DNA from: Camelus dromedarius
Taxonomy: Eukaryota
Length of the DNA: 64,000 nt
Reading direction: 5' to 3'
Assembly: GCF_036321535.1 (NCBI RefSeq)
Contig: NC_087437.1
Location: 116,500,001-116,564,000 of the forward strand
Part shown: piece after piece, positions 61,371 to 64,000 of the stretch
How the letters are laid out: each line of letters begins with the position of its first letter
Position numbering within the stretch: position 1 is the first letter of the stretch
Notes under the pieces: model-generated
Seen by the model: only the letters and a program-made list of their open reading frames with translations
Database searches by the model: none
What the model was told of the DNA's origin: nothing
Position numbers and translations under genes: made by a program

Positions 61371-63339
61371 ACTTTACATTCAAAATATTTTTTAAAAGCT
61401 CAAAACAAAGAAAAATTATTTGCAGGAAAGAACACTAACTGAAAAGCAACAGAAACAGATATCTAATATTTCATATATAAAAATGAATGTTTTTGAAGCC
61501 TTCTTGTGAGGCAGTACTTGGGTTGCAAAAGCTTAAATAAATAAATAAATAAATAAGTAAAAAATCTCAAGGCATTCATGTAAAACTGCACCAAAGAAGT
61601 CTCCTTGGGAATGTTAGGTGAATCTGTGACCCAAAGAGAGGGTCCTTTCCCAATGAGATCATAACTCAGGGTTTTCAAGACTGAGCACTGAGCATTCGCT
61701 ACAATGGCCCGGACACAGTATGAAGCAGTTGCCCAGCTGAAGGTGCTTCTACCCAAATATAACTCAACAAACGGCTTCCTTTCTTGAGAAGTCCGTGCTA
61801 CAAGGAAAAACAAAAAGTCAGCTGCATAACACGCTTAGTGATCCAGCACGTGAGAGCTAATGCATCCCAGTCCACATTTCTATCTTCATTATCTGATATT
61901 ATGGAAGATGAGCATAAATGAAATCCAGAGCCTCTCGAAGGTACCAGTGTTTTCCCAACTTTTTCGAGACGTGAATTAGACAGACTTGCTTATTCATCTG
62001 ATCTCAATATTTTCAGTCACGATATTGCCATACAAAAAAGGGATGTAGTGTTTTTTCAATATGTATCTTTATGTAACTATGCACAGGAGACTCTGGAACT
62101 ATGTAAGACAACACAGTAATAGTGGCTAACGGCAGAGACGTTACAGGGAGTTTTTTTCTTACTTTTGCTTCTCTGTATTTATCATCTTTCTCAACAGTGA
62201 CTTCCACTCATGCCATAAGAAACAAAGACCACAGAGTCCTGAGAAAGTGACGTGGGTTCAGCCATTTAAAAAAGTCCCCAAGAGCTTCGCCTGTCTAAGG
62301 GATCACATGAGCCGTCAGTCACTGATGGGCCCCACACGCTACCCAGAACCACAAACCCATTAAATATGAATGTGATGACCTCACGTAAACACACGACCTC
62401 CCGTCCCCAGCTACTGGTCCAAGCAGAGAGTTTGAGCGTTTGTTCTGGGGCAGATCTACAGCAGAACCACTAGGGACACAGCAGAGTCGGCCAGTTGGGA
62501 AGGTCAGAGGACCTGGCCACCTCCTTCCCAAGGCCTCGCTTCCCGTGGAAATGGGGCCTCCCAGGGGGTCCCCAGCACCTCCACTCCCCTGCCCCAATCC
62601 CTTTCCCATCAAACTTTCGCCTCCTCCCTCCACGTATTCCAAGCTCTCAGAATAACACCTGTCTTGCTCAGAGCCAACCAGGCTAAGTCAGGCATTTTTA
62701 CACAATTTCTAATGAACAATCACTGTTTGTGATGTCTGCACGATTAACTTCTTCCTCTTCCATCAAAAGATAAAGAGAGAAGCAATACACAGCTTTTGTT
62801 TATAAATGACTAGGGTCATCCAAAGTGTCCCCTTCCACCGAAGTATCCTAAACTAATTAACATCATCATTATTATTTTTGTGGTTATTACTATCAGTATT
62901 ATTAATGCTTAGAAATGATCTGTTTTTAGGTAGGTAACGTTTACAATCCAATAATAAAGCTTCCCATGCTGAGTGCACAATTCGCAACATCCTGCAGCCC
63001 CTGCACAGGAATATATAAAGCTCAGATGTCTGCCTGTAGACCTCCAGTGGGAGGCAGTGAGATCTGAACTTCTGGAACAGGAGGTAGGAGACCTAAGGCC
63101 TCCATCCCTGCTCAGTATCTAAGCAGGTAACCCATTCTCTCTGGGCAAACCACCCATGCTCCTTGCCCTAGACTAGAAGCAATTACAATTGACTTCCAGA
63201 ATCAGTACACCAGGACTCTGTGACCTCCTCCCACCCAGCAGGTTCTCATCACAACCCAAGAGAAAGAGCTGTTGCTCAGTTAGGTTCACTTTAGTTGCGA
63301 GTAGCAGAGATAACACTGACTAAAAACAATGGTGGCTTT

Positions 63340-64000
63340 TAAAAACAAGCAACTCAACTTTAAAAGGGGCAAAAGACTTGAACAGATATTTCTCCAAGGA
63401 AGATATGCAGACAGCCAACACATGCATGAAGAGCCAGTCATTAACGAAATGCATTTCACACCCATTAGAATGGCTACTATCAAAATGACAGAAAATAGCC
63501 AGTGTTGGTGAGAATGTGGAGAAACTGGAACCCGTGGACACTACTGGTGGGAACAGAAAATGGTGCAGCCACTGTGGAAGAGTGTGAGGCAGTTCCTCAA
63601 AAAATGAAGCGTAAAATAACCATCTGATTCAGCAATTTCACTTCTGCATCTATACCCAAAAGGACTGTGAGCAGAGAGTCAGATACTTGCGTGACTATAT
63701 TCATAGCAGAACTATTCTCAATAGCCTAAAGGCAGAAATGACCCAAATGCCCATCAACAGATGAACACATAAATGAAATATGGTATAGACATAAAATGCC
63801 ACATTACGCAGCCTGAAAAAAGAAATGAAATTCTGAAACATGGTACAACATGGACGAACCTTGAAGACATTATGCTAAGTGAAATAAATCAGACACAAAA
63901 AGACAGCTACTGTGTGATCCCACTTGTATGAGGTCCCTCAAGTAGTCAAATTCATAAAGTTAGAAAGTAGAATAGATGTTACCAGGAGCTGGGGGGGTGA
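63340..64000 (+). mobile_element. L1MB-type LINE-1, ORF2 end and start of 3' UTR, running off the window
   Basis: gggcaaaagacttgaacagatatttctccaaggaagatat...cacacccattagaatggct...ggacgaaccttgaagacattatgctaagtgaaataa. Confidence 0.92.

Overview
This is mammalian genomic DNA, almost certainly camelid (alpaca, llama or camel). The main evidence is four copies of a tRNA-derived SINE with the camelid Vic-1-type head (ggggagggYatagctca...gtggtagag...ggttcaatccccag) and many cetartiodactyl-type L1 3' ends. I recognise no host protein-coding gene, RNA gene or CRISPR array, and nothing prokaryotic. The only ORFs I can assign are LINE-1 ORF2 remnants, the best being 52515-53105 on the minus strand with the CCHC knuckle. 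The rest is intergenic or deep-intronic sequence densely filled with transposon fossils: about 13 young 5'-truncated L1s (many with visible target-site duplications, TSDs), older L1M, L2 and MIR, solo LTRs (ERV1/MER41-like, MER21, MLT1, MLT2, LTR16, LTR33, gypsy-like), DNA transposons (Tigger1 derivative, MER58, MER96-like) and microsatellites. The repeat-free intervals hold a few CpG-rich or motif-clustered candidate regulatory elements and a speculative chain of minus-strand exon-like segments. I found no convincing novel biological system. Repeat family names come from recalled consensus sequences, and boundaries without TSD support are approximate.
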